From Candidatus Binatia bacterium (GTDB lineage: Bacteria; Desulfobacterota; Binatia; UBA9968; CAXXLF01): 64,000 nucleotides of DNA. A model generated the notes under the pieces. It did not search any database, was not told the DNA's origin, and saw nothing but the letters and a program-made list of their open reading frames with translations. Positions 10,666-20,672 of this stretch are shown here, in pieces; position 1 is the first letter of the stretch, and each line of letters starts with the position of its first letter. The DNA is taken from NCBI GenBank assembly GCA_963664015.2, contig CAXXLF010000002.1:960001-1024000 (forward strand), given 5' to 3'. The translations under genes were made by a program, and so were the position numbers.

Positions 10666-11547
10666 TCAATACTTCTTATAGAAATCGATCGCCAGCTGAT
10701 TCAAACGATCCGGGTGTTCGATGTGAGAACAATGACGGGATCGGTCGAAGATCTGGACACTGGATCCCGTGATCTGTCTCTGCAATTCTTCCGTATAAGT
10801 CGGGGGCCGCAGCAAGTCCTCGGCTCCTGCAACGATCAAGACCGGACAATGAATCTTGTCATAGTCGGATCGCGACGGCCGGAAGCCCCGATCCTGCCCC
10901 TCCGGCGCTAGCCGAGGAACGGCACAGGCCTCCCATACGCCGGGCTCCCGGCTTGCCTGCCAGCGCTCCTCCAATATTTCATTGGACCACCAGTGCTCGT
11001 TGTAAAATAGCACCTGAAGGATCTCTCGCATTTCCTCGCGCGTGCCGTTGTACCGTGTCAGGACCTTACGGGCGTCATTATCCGGCGCGCTTCCTCCTCC
11101 ACTGACCACGACTACCGATCGAACAGGCACCCCGAGCGCCCCGGTAGCTGTTATTTGTAGTGCCAAGCCCCCGCCGTAGGAATTCCCCATCAGGTGGACC
11201 GGCCCAAGCCCCAGGGTCTCCACAAATCGTCGTAAATGTCCCCTCCGAAAGCCCGCGGGATCAGTGAAACTGTATACCAAATCTGTACGCCCAAATCCGA
11301 CCAAGTCCGGCGCCACGACTCGGAAGTGTTTTCCCAGCTCGGAAATATTGTAGCGCCAGCTAAACTCCGCCCGGGCACCAAACTCGCCGCTATGGATGAG
11401 CAAGACGGTAGCTGTATTCTCACTCACGTTGTCCGGCGCCGCCTCCAGGTAATGGGTCCAAACGTCTCCAACCTGGGCAAAAGCACTTCTGACTCCCTGA
11501 GGGAGATGGGTAGCGGGGCTGGGGCTTGTATTCACTGTCGCTTCCAC
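10666..11547 (-). CDS. Alpha/beta-fold hydrolase (meta-cleavage-product hydrolase-like)
   Basis: PDLVGFG, GNSYGG nucleophile elbow, GAED, HCSHIEHP. Confidence 0.85.
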   Translation of the reverse strand: MEATVNTSPSPATHLPQGVRSAFAQVGDVWTHYLEAAPDNVSENTATVLLIHSGEFGARAEFSWRYNISELGKHFRVVAPDLVGFGRTDLVYSFTDPAGFRRGHLRRFVETLGLGPVHLMGNSYGGGLALQITATGALGVPVRSVVVVSGGGSAPDNDARKVLTRYNGTREEMREILQVLFYNEHWWSNEILEERWQASREPGVWEACAVPRLAPEGQDRGFRPSRSDYDKIHCPVLIVAGAEDLLRPPTYTEELQRQITGSSVQIFDRSRHCSHIEHPDRLNQLAIDFYKKY

Positions 11548-11821
11548 GATGGGAAATTATCTTGATTGCGCTGGTGTGTCAACTCACATAGGGAGAGTGA
11601 TCCCTTGACGGTGCCTCGGGCAAACAATGGAACAAAGGGAAGAGCTACGGCTTCTCCCCTTTGGAAACCCCATCGGTCATGTGCCTGCGACAAACCGCGG
11701 GGTTCCCTCATAAAGTGGCCGCCTTAGCCCTTTATTCTCCCTAGAAAACGAGCCTAAGGAAAATATTTCACTTCCCGGTCCTTTTCATGCTACGGTTTGA
11801 CCCTAAAGGAGGTCACAAACC

Positions 11822-12625
11822 ATGAACTGGGGAATGCAAAACCGGCTCGCGAGAATCATTAAACCGGAAGACGGCCGTTCCGTCATGCTGGCGGTGGACC
11901 ATGGCTATTTTTTAGGACCTACGGGTGGGCTGGAAGAGCCACGTAAAACCATCGAACCCCTTCTACCATACGCAGACTCGATCATGCTGACCCGTGGGGT
12001 GCTGCGGACCTCCGTCGACGCCAATTCCTCGGCACCGGTGGTTCTCAGGGTCTCCGGTGGAACTAGCATATTGAAGGAGCTTTCCAACGAAGACATCACC
12101 GTCTCCATCGACGATGCCATTCGGTTGAACGTTTCCGCTATGGCCCTATCGATCTTTGTCGGATCTGAGTTCGAGAAGCAGACGCTCCTCAGCCTGACAC
12201 GACTCGTGGACGAGGGGGAAAAGTATGGCATACCTATTTTGGCAGTGACCGCCGTGGGCAAAGACATGGCGCGGGATGCCAGGTATCTGAGCCTCGCCTG
12301 CCGGATAGCAGCCGAATTAGGGGCCCACATTGTGAAGACCTACTTTTGTGATGACTTTGACAAGGTTATAGGGAGCTGTCCTATCCCCGTGATCATCGCT
12401 GGTGGGAAGAAGATCCCCGAGCGGGAAGCCCTCGAATTGGCCTACAATGCCGTCCAGGGAGGCGCCATCGGTGTCGATATGGGACGGAATATCTTTCAGT
12501 CGGACAGCCCCGTGGGGATGATCCAGGCCGTGCGCTCCATCGTTCATGAAAACACAACGGTAAACCAAGCCTATAAGATCTACGAGAGCTCCAAGGGGAC
12601 GAAGGCCAGTAGGGCCGCAGGTTAG
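11822..12625 (+). CDS. lsrF: LsrF-like thiolase / class I aldolase
   Basis: WGMQNRL, MLAVDHGYFLGPT, AELGAHIVKTY, AGGKK, GVDMGRNIFQS; strong SD AAGGAGG. Confidence 0.88.
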   Translation: MNWGMQNRLARIIKPEDGRSVMLAVDHGYFLGPTGGLEEPRKTIEPLLPYADSIMLTRGVLRTSVDANSSAPVVLRVSGGTSILKELSNEDITVSIDDAIRLNVSAMALSIFVGSEFEKQTLLSLTRLVDEGEKYGIPILAVTAVGKDMARDARYLSLACRIAAELGAHIVKTYFCDDFDKVIGSCPIPVIIAGGKKIPEREALELAYNAVQGGAIGVDMGRNIFQSDSPVGMIQAVRSIVHENTTVNQAYKIYESSKGTKASRAAG

Positions 12626-12689
12626 TGAGTTAGTCCAACTCGATTCGGTTCCGGGCTCTCACGCCAGGCAGGCAGACCAGAGACAACCC

Positions 12690-13718
12690 ATGCGAGTCGC
12701 CATGTATTACAACAACCGGGACGTCCGGATGGAAGAGGCACCGGTGCCCTCCATCGGTCCTGGCGAACTCTTGGTCCGCATCATGGCCAGTGGTATCTGC
12801 GGCACCGACGTAATGGAATGGTACCGGCTGAAAAAGGCACCTCTGGTCTTAGGCCACGAGATCGCCGGTGAGGTAGCTCATGTCGGCGACGGCGTTCAGG
12901 ATTACCATCCTGGAGACCGAGTCTTCGTCTCTCATCACGTTCCCTGTAACCGCTGCCGCTACTGTCAGAGTGGTCACCACTCGGTTTGCGACACCCTACG
13001 CACCACTCACTTCGACCCGGGGGGATTTGCCGAGTATATCCGGGTACCCAAGATCAATGTCGAAACCGGCACCTTCCGCTTGCCCGATAAGATGACCTAT
13101 GAAGAAGGCTCTTTCATCGAGCCCCTGGCCTGTGTGGTTCGAGGGCAGAGATTGGCGCACCTGGAAGCGCACCAAAACGTCCTCGTCATTGGGAGTGGCA
13201 TCTCAGGTCTGCTTCACGTTCAACTGGCCCGGGCTCGTAACGCCAAGCGTGTGGTGGCAACCGACATCAACGACTTTCGTTTGCGGTCAGCTAAGGCATT
13301 GGGTGCCCATGCGACTATTCGTGCCACAGAGGATGTACCGGCACGGCTTCGAGAGGTCAACGAGGGATACCTGGCCGACCTCGTCATCGTTTGCACGGGA
13401 GCTAAGGCGGCCGCCCAGCAGGCATTGGCATCGGTCGATCGAGGTGGGACCATTCTCTTTTTCGCACCCGCCGCCGAGAACGTCGATGTCCCAATTCCGC
13501 TCTATGAGCTATGGCGCAACGAGGTTACCTTGACCACAACCTACGCAGGGAGCCCTCAGGATCTTAAGGAATCCATAGAATTGATCCGTAGCCAACAGAT
13601 TAGGGTGCAGGAGATGATCACCCATCGGCTCAGCCTGGCCGAAGCGGGGTTGGGTTTTGAACTGGTTCAGAAGGCCGAGGACTCTATCAAGGTTATTATC
13701 GAACCCCATCGTACCTAA
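12690..13718 (+). CDS. Zinc-binding medium-chain (sugar/alcohol) dehydrogenase
   Basis: GICGTD, GHE, structural Zn CNRCRYC...C, EPLAC, GSGISG. Confidence 0.92.
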   Translation: MRVAMYYNNRDVRMEEAPVPSIGPGELLVRIMASGICGTDVMEWYRLKKAPLVLGHEIAGEVAHVGDGVQDYHPGDRVFVSHHVPCNRCRYCQSGHHSVCDTLRTTHFDPGGFAEYIRVPKINVETGTFRLPDKMTYEEGSFIEPLACVVRGQRLAHLEAHQNVLVIGSGISGLLHVQLARARNAKRVVATDINDFRLRSAKALGAHATIRATEDVPARLREVNEGYLADLVIVCTGAKAAAQQALASVDRGGTILFFAPAAENVDVPIPLYELWRNEVTLTTTYAGSPQDLKESIELIRSQQIRVQEMITHRLSLAEAGLGFELVQKAEDSIKVIIEPHRT

Positions 13719-13765
13719 GCGAGTATCCGAAAAACCGTCCTAAAAACTCCCCTCAGTAAAAACTT

Positions 13766-15136
13766 CTAAGTTGCCGGCGCCACCGCCGGATCCCGCTGGG
13801 GATTATTTTCCTTTAGCTCACCGTGCCACAGAGACCGGACAACGGTCGATGCCACCAAGACCACGAGAGCAATCACCACCGCCAGAAGCACCAATCCGCG
13901 AACCGCACCGACCTGGACCGCCACGGTGCCAAGAAAGACACCGCTCAGAACACGTGTCCCGCTTGAGGCCAGATTGTAAACCCCCATGACACGGCCACGA
14001 ACGGGCTGCGGGGCCCAAGACTGGATGATGCTCTGCGCCATGGAGGAAAACACGATCTGGGTCGTTCCGACCATGCAGAGTAAAAGGAAGGAAATCCAAT
14101 ACGTGGAAGACCAAGCGAAAAGTACCAAAAGGAGGGACCAGACCAGCGTTGCAGAAGTTACCACAACGGGCCGGAGCCTCGTACTACCGATCCAGCCGAG
14201 CAGAAACCCACCGGCTAGGGCGCCCAGCCCCCCCGCGAGCAAGAGGATCGAATAGCCTGTGGCCGATGCCCCCAAGCGTTCGGCAAAGGGAGGCATAAAG
14301 GCCTGAAAGGTATTGCCCACCAGGAACGATGTAGCCGCCACCACAACCAGCAGGGCGACAATAGTCGGATTTCGTCGCACCGTTGCCAGCCCTTGGAATA
14401 CGGAGCCTAACCCGGTTTGGTCGGATCGCCTTTCCCCCGCCCCTCGATATGGGAGGAAAACAACGAGAACCGACAATGGAAGATAGATCAACACGTTGGC
14501 GATAAGACCCCATCCGGGACCGACCCAGGACATGAGCCCACCGCCAATGAGCGGACCCACCATGTGTGCAATGGGCCTCAAGGAGGCGTTCAAACTGATA
14601 GCGCTCACCAATTTATCCTTCCCCACCATTTCATGAATGATCAGCATACTGCTCGGGGCGGAGATAAGACCGGCAACGCCATGGAAGACAAGTAGAATGG
14701 CGACGTGCCAAACCTCCAGCCGACCGGTGAGAAGGAGGACCCCCCAGCCAATAGAGGAGATAATGAACAGCACCTGAGAGGCCTGGATCAGCCGGCGGCA
14801 GTCGAACCGGTCGGCCAAAGATCCTGAATGGAGCGCAAACAATGTGAAGGGAAGCCAGTGGGCGACCAGGGCATACCCCAGCCAGAAGGTCGAGTGGGTA
14901 AGCTGCCATATCACCCAATAGCCGATAACGTGCTCCACATTATCGGCGACCATGGATAGCATCGTTGCTAGAGCGTAGTACCTGAAATGGGGGACGCTGA
15001 GGGCGGGAAACCGATTAGATTTGGACGGAACTTCCAACGGCCCCCCCCCCCCACCATTGGGATCCGGATCCCAATGGGCCTGTGGTTCTGTTACTCGGTC
15101 CGGCACGAGAGAAGGGACAATAAACGCGAGACCCAA
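13766..15136 (-). CDS. MFS transporter (start codon uncertain)
   Basis: About 12 hydrophobic segments; motif A GSLADRFDCRRL; VRGRVMG. Confidence 0.88.
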   Translation of the reverse strand: MGLAFIVPSLVPDRVTEPQAHWDPDPNGGGGGPLEVPSKSNRFPALSVPHFRYYALATMLSMVADNVEHVIGYWVIWQLTHSTFWLGYALVAHWLPFTLFALHSGSLADRFDCRRLIQASQVLFIISSIGWGVLLLTGRLEVWHVAILLVFHGVAGLISAPSSMLIIHEMVGKDKLVSAISLNASLRPIAHMVGPLIGGGLMSWVGPGWGLIANVLIYLPLSVLVVFLPYRGAGERRSDQTGLGSVFQGLATVRRNPTIVALLVVVAATSFLVGNTFQAFMPPFAERLGASATGYSILLLAGGLGALAGGFLLGWIGSTRLRPVVVTSATLVWSLLLVLFAWSSTYWISFLLLCMVGTTQIVFSSMAQSIIQSWAPQPVRGRVMGVYNLASSGTRVLSGVFLGTVAVQVGAVRGLVLLAVVIALVVLVASTVVRSLWHGELKENNPQRDPAVAPAT

Positions 15137-15157
15137 TGACGCTGAAAGGCGGGTGAG

Positions 15158-15361
15158 CTACGCTGGCACGATTTCTTTAATGACCATGCGCGCCTTTCCT
15201 TCGGCAATCTCTCTTAGAGCCACGACGATCTCTCTATTGTCTGACGCCACCATAGGCTTGGCACCCTTCAAGAGCTGTTTCGCCCTCTGGGCCGCGAGCA
15301 GAACCAAGGAAAAACGGTTAGGAACTTTCAGGAGGCAGTCCTCAAGAGTAATTCTGGCCAA
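15158..15361 (-). CDS. rpoZ: RNA polymerase omega subunit
   Basis: [28 protein letters not shown]...ALREIAEG. Confidence 0.96.
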   Translation of the reverse strand: MARITLEDCLLKVPNRFSLVLLAAQRAKQLLKGAKPMVASDNREIVVALREIAEGKARMVIKEIVPA

Positions 15362-15420
15362 TAGATTCTCCCTATCTAACTAGTTAAATGGATTCCTGTA
15401 TTAAATCAGATCCCCCGTCT

Positions 15421-16503
15421 TTATTCAATCGGTGTCAGTTGGCCCGCCAAAGCACCTGGAATCATTCGCCAAACTGTTCGCTGTTGCTGACTGGGACCCT
15501 CGTCGATCTCGAAACCAAGATCTTCAATCATCCGGTGCGCATCGGAGGCCCTCTGACCGGGAGTTGTTAAGTAACCGTTGACGAATATGGAATTGGCTGG
15601 GTAGAGGCTCAAGGGCTGGAGCGATCGCAGGTTGACCTCCCTCCCACCGGCAACCCGGATCTCCCTGTCCGGATTAACGAAGCGAAAGAGGCAAAGGGCT
15701 TTTAGACAATACTGGGGCGTAAGGTTACTGGCCCCTTCCAGAGGAGTCCCAGGAATCGCGTGAAGAAAGTTAACCGGGATCGATTCCGCCTCCAACTCCC
15801 TCAGCTCCAGCGCCAGATCCAAGACATCGTCTTCGCTTTCTCCCATACCCAAGATACCGCCGCAACAAGGAGAAAGCCCGACCGCCTTCACATGTCCCAA
15901 CGTCTCCAGGCGATCCTCATAGGTATGGGTCTCACAGATCTCGGCGTAGTGATGACGGCTGGTGTTCAAATTGTGATTGACTCGCTCCACACCGGCCTCT
16001 TTCAGCGCCGTGGCTTTGGCTTTGGTGAGCAGGCCCAGCGAACAACAAATACTGATCGGCACGCGGCGCTTGATCTCCCGCACCACCTCTGTCAGCTCTG
16101 CGATCTCTTTATCCGTGGGTCCTCTCCCGCTGTTGACCATGCAGAATCGGACCGCCCCCTCGGCTTTGGCCTTGAGTGCTCCTTCGACGAGCTTTTCACG
16201 GTCTAGGAGTGGATACTTATCGATGGAGGCTGAAGAGACCGAAGACTGAGAACAGTAATGACAGTCTTCGGGACACAGCCCGCTCTTGGCGTTCATCAGG
16301 ACATGGATCTGCACCCGTTTGCCAAAATAGTGATGACGTACACGAAAGGCTGCCTGCAGGAGCTCGGGAAGTCTCTCGTCCGGTGCGTGGAGCACCGACA
16401 TCATTTCCTCTCGAGAGAGAACTTTCCCCTGGAGTGATTTTTCCGCGAATGTATTATAATCCATGGTCGATGTCAGTTCCTCCTCTAGCTCAGTGTTTAC
16501 CAT
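15421..16503 (-). CDS. bioB: Biotin synthase
   Basis: Radical SAM motif CPEDCHYC, NHNLNT, SIPVNFL, NSIFVNGYLTT. Confidence 0.96.
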   Translation of the reverse strand: MVNTELEEELTSTMDYNTFAEKSLQGKVLSREEMMSVLHAPDERLPELLQAAFRVRHHYFGKRVQIHVLMNAKSGLCPEDCHYCSQSSVSSASIDKYPLLDREKLVEGALKAKAEGAVRFCMVNSGRGPTDKEIAELTEVVREIKRRVPISICCSLGLLTKAKATALKEAGVERVNHNLNTSRHHYAEICETHTYEDRLETLGHVKAVGLSPCCGGILGMGESEDDVLDLALELRELEAESIPVNFLHAIPGTPLEGASNLTPQYCLKALCLFRFVNPDREIRVAGGREVNLRSLQPLSLYPANSIFVNGYLTTPGQRASDAHRMIEDLGFEIDEGPSQQQRTVWRMIPGALAGQLTPIE

Positions 16504-19500
16504 TCACTCCCCCTTCGTTGCAAATGTCGTATGCCCCGCTCTTTCCAAAGCCATTTGCTTGATCTTGCCCAGGTCCAATTTTCCAGATCCCAGCAACGGG
16601 ATGGAATCAACGAGATAGATGTTTTCCTCCTTGGGAATCCACAACCGAGGGAGCTCCGTGCGACGCAATCGGTCCCAGAGGTCACGGGAGGACAAGTCCT
16701 TGCTCGTGTACAGAACAACCAGACGCTCGCCTTTCTGTTCGTCTGGAACGGCAGTGACCGCACAGCAACTCTCACCCAGAATCTTGTTGACCACTTCCTC
16801 CAATTTAATATGAGGAATCATCTCTCCGCCGATCTTGCTGAAACGGGACATTCTGCCGGTGATAGTAATAAAGCCGTCTTCATCCACTGAAGCCATATCA
16901 CCGGTCACGTACCAGCCGTCCCGCACAACTTGGTCGGTCTCCTTGGGACGCCCCAGATAACCCATCATCATTCCGGGACCTTTGACCAAGAGGAGTCCCT
17001 CCTGGTTGCGCGAAAGGGTTTGACCGCCCTCGGGATCTACGACCTTGACTGCAACAGCTGGTATCGAGTGTCCAACGGTGCCCGGTTTCAAACCAATCTG
17101 GCGTACGGGGCCTTCCATAAAGTCCGGGACATTGACCGCCACCACCGGCCCCATCTCGGTACAACCGTAACCTTCCAGCAAATCCAGTCCGTATTTTTCC
17201 TTAAAGGCCTTGGCCGTAGGCTGCGGAAGATTTTCCGCCCCCACGACGGCAAACCGGAGCGATGAGAACTCCTCGGTTGTGCATTTGCGAATATACATGG
17301 AAGAGAAGGTCGGAGTGGAAATCAATAGAGTCGCTTTAAACTTGGATACCATCTCGCCAATGATGCCAGCATCCATGGGATTGACGTGATAGACGACGCC
17401 CAGCCCGGAGAGGAGCGGGAGCCACAGGGTCACCGTAAATCCAAAGGAATGAAAAAGCGGAAGGATCCCCATGATGCGGTCATTTTGAGTTAACCCAAAA
17501 ACCTGTCCCATAGCCTCGACGTTGGAGAAAATGTTGTGGTGGGAAAGCATTATCCCCTTCGGCTGCCCCGTGCTTCCGCTGGAAAAGATCACGCCGGCAA
17601 GGTCATCGGCGGAAGATTTAGGGGCCGTGTAGAGGGATTGGAGGACGAAAGAGGGGAGCAGAAACGCCGTGGCGGCAGCGGTCAGTTTTTTCCATGCTCC
17701 GATCTCTCCCATAACATTCTCGAGGGAGACGGACCCCTCTAGCTCTTCGATCTTCGCCTTGGCAATGAATAGTCGGGAGGTCAAAATGGTGCTAATCTCG
17801 CATTGGGCCACAGATGCCTCCATGGATTCCCGTCCGGCGGTGAAGTTTAGATTGACCGGCACCTTTCCCGCTAATAGGACAGCCACGTTGGCCAGCGCCC
17901 CGGCCACCGAAGCGGGCAAAAGCAGACCTACCATGCGCTGACCCCGACAGTGCTGACGGATCCAACGGGCAAGCAACAGCCCCCCCACGAGCAGTCGTCC
18001 GTAGGTGAGACGCCTGCCGCTTGAATCGGCCATTGCCAGAGAAAACCATCGCCCCTTGGCCGCTTTGATGAAGCCCAGATGAAGCTGGTCCCTGGGGGGC
18101 CGCCGGTGGGCAGCCGCCGCACTGCCCAGTTCCATAACTGCCTGGCGAACCCCATCGGCACGTACCGACGAGGCCATAGGCTTTCCGAACGAGACCGTCA
18201 CCGGATAGGGGAGCCGCTCAGGCCACTTGCGAAAGAACCGGCCCCGTTTGAAGCTAAAGATGCTCCCCCTCAACCGGTCCAGGTAGACGGGAATCACGGG
18301 GACATCCAATCCCTCAACCACCTTTTCGAATCCCCGCTTGAACGGCAGCAGATTCCCTGTACGGCTGATGCTGCCCTCGGCGAAGATACAAACCACATGA
18401 CCTTGCCGTAACTCTTCACGGGCGCTGTCGAATGCATCGAAGATCTCCTTTCGGTTCTGTCCTGAAACAGGGATGGTCTTCATCAGGCGAAAAAACCAAC
18501 GGAGGCCTAAGAGATCGTAAAAGGAGCGTAAAATCATAAAGCGGACGAAACGTTGCACACTGGCACCGATGAGTAGCCCATCCAGATACGAGATGTGATT
18601 GGAAACCAGCAATGCGGGGCCGCGGAATGGGACGTGTTCTTGTCCCAGAATACGGATACGGTACAGCGAATGGGTCAGCATCCAGAGGACAAAGCGGATC
18701 AGTAAATCGGGCAGGATACTGAGCACGAAAGCCGTTGCCGCCAGTGTGATCAGACCCAAGAATAGGATGATCCGGTCCACCGGGACTTGCAACAGGTCTC
18801 TTAACCCCCAGAGCGTACCGGAGGCTAGCAGTATCCCCACAGTTCCGAGAAAGTTAGCCGTGGCGATCAACTGACCCTTCTGTTCCCTGGGGCTTCGCTG
18901 CTGAACCAGTGCGTAGAGGGGGACAATGAACAGCCCGGTAAAAAACCCGAGCAAGACCAGAGACGATGCAACCCAGCCATAGTCGGGTACCGACCACAGG
19001 AGAAATAGAGAGAAAATCCCCATGCCGATGGATCCCACAGGAACGAGGCCCATCTCGACCTTGTCACCGGAGAGGTAACCCGCCGCTAGACTGCCCAACC
19101 CGATTCCAATGGCGAGGAAAGTCGCCAGTAACCCCACGTGCAGGTTATCCAATCCCATGAGCTCTTTGCTCATAAAAATAATGACAAGATGCAACAAGGC
19201 ACCGAAAAACCAGAAGTAGGCGATACCCAGAACCGCATACCAGAGCGTCTTATCCTTGATGAGTTGCTTGATGCCGCTCCCGATTGGCGCCCAGGGATTT
19301 ATTTGAAATGATTTTCGTGCCCCTGACGGAGAGACCTTGGCGATCCAAAAACTGGCTAGGGTCCCGGCCACGGCCAGGCTGACGGCAACGATTCCAATCC
19401 AAACAAGGTGTCCCTTCCAGGCTGCCAACATAACACTGCCGATAGAGGTCCCCAGGATAATCGCAAAAAAGGTGCTCATCTCCATAAGACCGTTGGCCCG

Positions 19501-19929
19501 GGAGAGATCCCGGTCCGGAAGCATTTCAGGAAGAATCCCGTACTTGGCAGGACTGAAAAAGGTCGACTGAAGGGCCATTAGGAAGACCACACCGATCATC
19601 GGTTCGATATGGCCGTAAACAAAGGCCAGCAAGCCCAAGCCCATGGCAAGGACCTCGAAGGCCTTGGTAACAACGAGCACGTCCCGTTTACTGTAGGCAT
19701 CGGCCACATAGCCCGCATAGCCTGAGAAAAGGACAAAGGGCAGGATAAACACGGCTGCGACCATTGATAGGTAACCGCTCCCGCCGCCATTGGTGATGGC
19801 CAGGTTTACCACCAACAGCGAAACGACCATTTTGTAAATGTTGTCGTTCAAGGCCCCAAGGAATTGGGCCAGAAGAAACGGCTTGAGCCCGCGGTGCTTG
19901 AGCGTTTCGGTATAGGTGCCTATGGGCAT
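16504..19929 (-). CDS. aas: Aas-type fusion: LplT-like MFS + acyltransferase + acyl-ACP synthetase
   Basis: QFLGALNDN and PAKYGILPE (MFS), NHISYLD and FAEG (PlsC), FSSGSTGQPKG, EGYGCTE and SRFSKIGGE (AMP-binding). Confidence 0.9.
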   Translation of the reverse strand: MPIGTYTETLKHRGLKPFLLAQFLGALNDNIYKMVVSLLVVNLAITNGGGSGYLSMVAAVFILPFVLFSGYAGYVADAYSKRDVLVVTKAFEVLAMGLGLLAFVYGHIEPMIGVVFLMALQSTFFSPAKYGILPEMLPDRDLSRANGLMEMSTFFAIILGTSIGSVMLAAWKGHLVWIGIVAVSLAVAGTLASFWIAKVSPSGARKSFQINPWAPIGSGIKQLIKDKTLWYAVLGIAYFWFFGALLHLVIIFMSKELMGLDNLHVGLLATFLAIGIGLGSLAAGYLSGDKVEMGLVPVGSIGMGIFSLFLLWSVPDYGWVASSLVLLGFFTGLFIVPLYALVQQRSPREQKGQLIATANFLGTVGILLASGTLWGLRDLLQVPVDRIILFLGLITLAATAFVLSILPDLLIRFVLWMLTHSLYRIRILGQEHVPFRGPALLVSNHISYLDGLLIGASVQRFVRFMILRSFYDLLGLRWFFRLMKTIPVSGQNRKEIFDAFDSAREELRQGHVVCIFAEGSISRTGNLLPFKRGFEKVVEGLDVPVIPVYLDRLRGSIFSFKRGRFFRKWPERLPYPVTVSFGKPMASSVRADGVRQAVMELGSAAAAHRRPPRDQLHLGFIKAAKGRWFSLAMADSSGRRLTYGRLLVGGLLLARWIRQHCRGQRMVGLLLPASVAGALANVAVLLAGKVPVNLNFTAGRESMEASVAQCEISTILTSRLFIAKAKIEELEGSVSLENVMGEIGAWKKLTAAATAFLLPSFVLQSLYTAPKSSADDLAGVIFSSGSTGQPKGIMLSHHNIFSNVEAMGQVFGLTQNDRIMGILPLFHSFGFTVTLWLPLLSGLGVVYHVNPMDAGIIGEMVSKFKATLLISTPTFSSMYIRKCTTEEFSSLRFAVVGAENLPQPTAKAFKEKYGLDLLEGYGCTEMGPVVAVNVPDFMEGPVRQIGLKPGTVGHSIPAVAVKVVDPEGGQTLSRNQEGLLLVKGPGMMMGYLGRPKETDQVVRDGWYVTGDMASVDEDGFITITGRMSRFSKIGGEMIPHIKLEEVVNKILGESCCAVTAVPDEQKGERLVVLYTSKDLSSRDLWDRLRRTELPRLWIPKEENIYLVDSIPLLGSGKLDLGKIKQMALERAGHTTFATKGE

Positions 19930-20400
19930 AATAATAACCTGGGGCACCCCATTTTGGCACTTTTTGTGATGGATTCCGAGGCGTACAGGGGGGAGCAAAC
20001 AAAATCCCTAAACATGGGTTATTTTGCCTGATGTTCGAAACAACGTAAAAAAATAATTGTCCATAAGGAATTGCGTGTCTTCCAATAGCAGGAATCTCAA
20101 GCTAAGCGCTGCAACGGAGAACGCAAAAAAGACATGCTTTTAACGTATTCGCATAGTCCCCGCAACATTAACATTTGTTTGGGCCAGAGTCTCACTCTCA
20201 ATTCTCGAAATGGTTTCGGGAATTCCCAGCCTGGGAACCTATTCCGGTAGCTTATTCTCCTCGCAATGACCAAGGGTTGTCAAGTCTCCAGTTAAGGCCT
20301 TGGATTGCACAATTCGTTGCAAAACACTTGCCTTTTCGCTACTATCCCAGCAGACAATCGGATTCGGTTGTACTTTGTACGCCGCGAGTCGATTCTCCCT

Positions 20401-20620
20401 AAATGAAGCCTCTACGGGCTTAGACCCGTGGTATCCTTCATTTCTTCGGCGGAATCCGCAGACGCACCCTCCATTCCTACTCCGCCGAAGCGGCTGCCTC
20501 GGCTACGAAGTCCGGGCGCACTTGGAACTGCGGCCCGTCGCCTGAAGGCTTTGGGGCGGAGGGTCCGACCAACGCATTCTTCCATGGGCATTAACCCATG
20601 GTCTTCTGCGAAGGCGGATA
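20401..20620 (+). repeat. Long copy of a dispersed palindromic (MITE/REP-like) element
   Basis: Stems AAATGAAG/CTTCATTT (20401-20443), CTTCGGCGGA/TCCGCCGAAG (20444-20490) and CCATGGG/CCCATGG (20582-20601); both ends shared with 2945-3042. Confidence 0.75.
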
Positions 20621-20672
20621 AGGATGTAACTCAATACTATAGAAGGTTTTCCAGAATCCTCAAGGCAATAGC

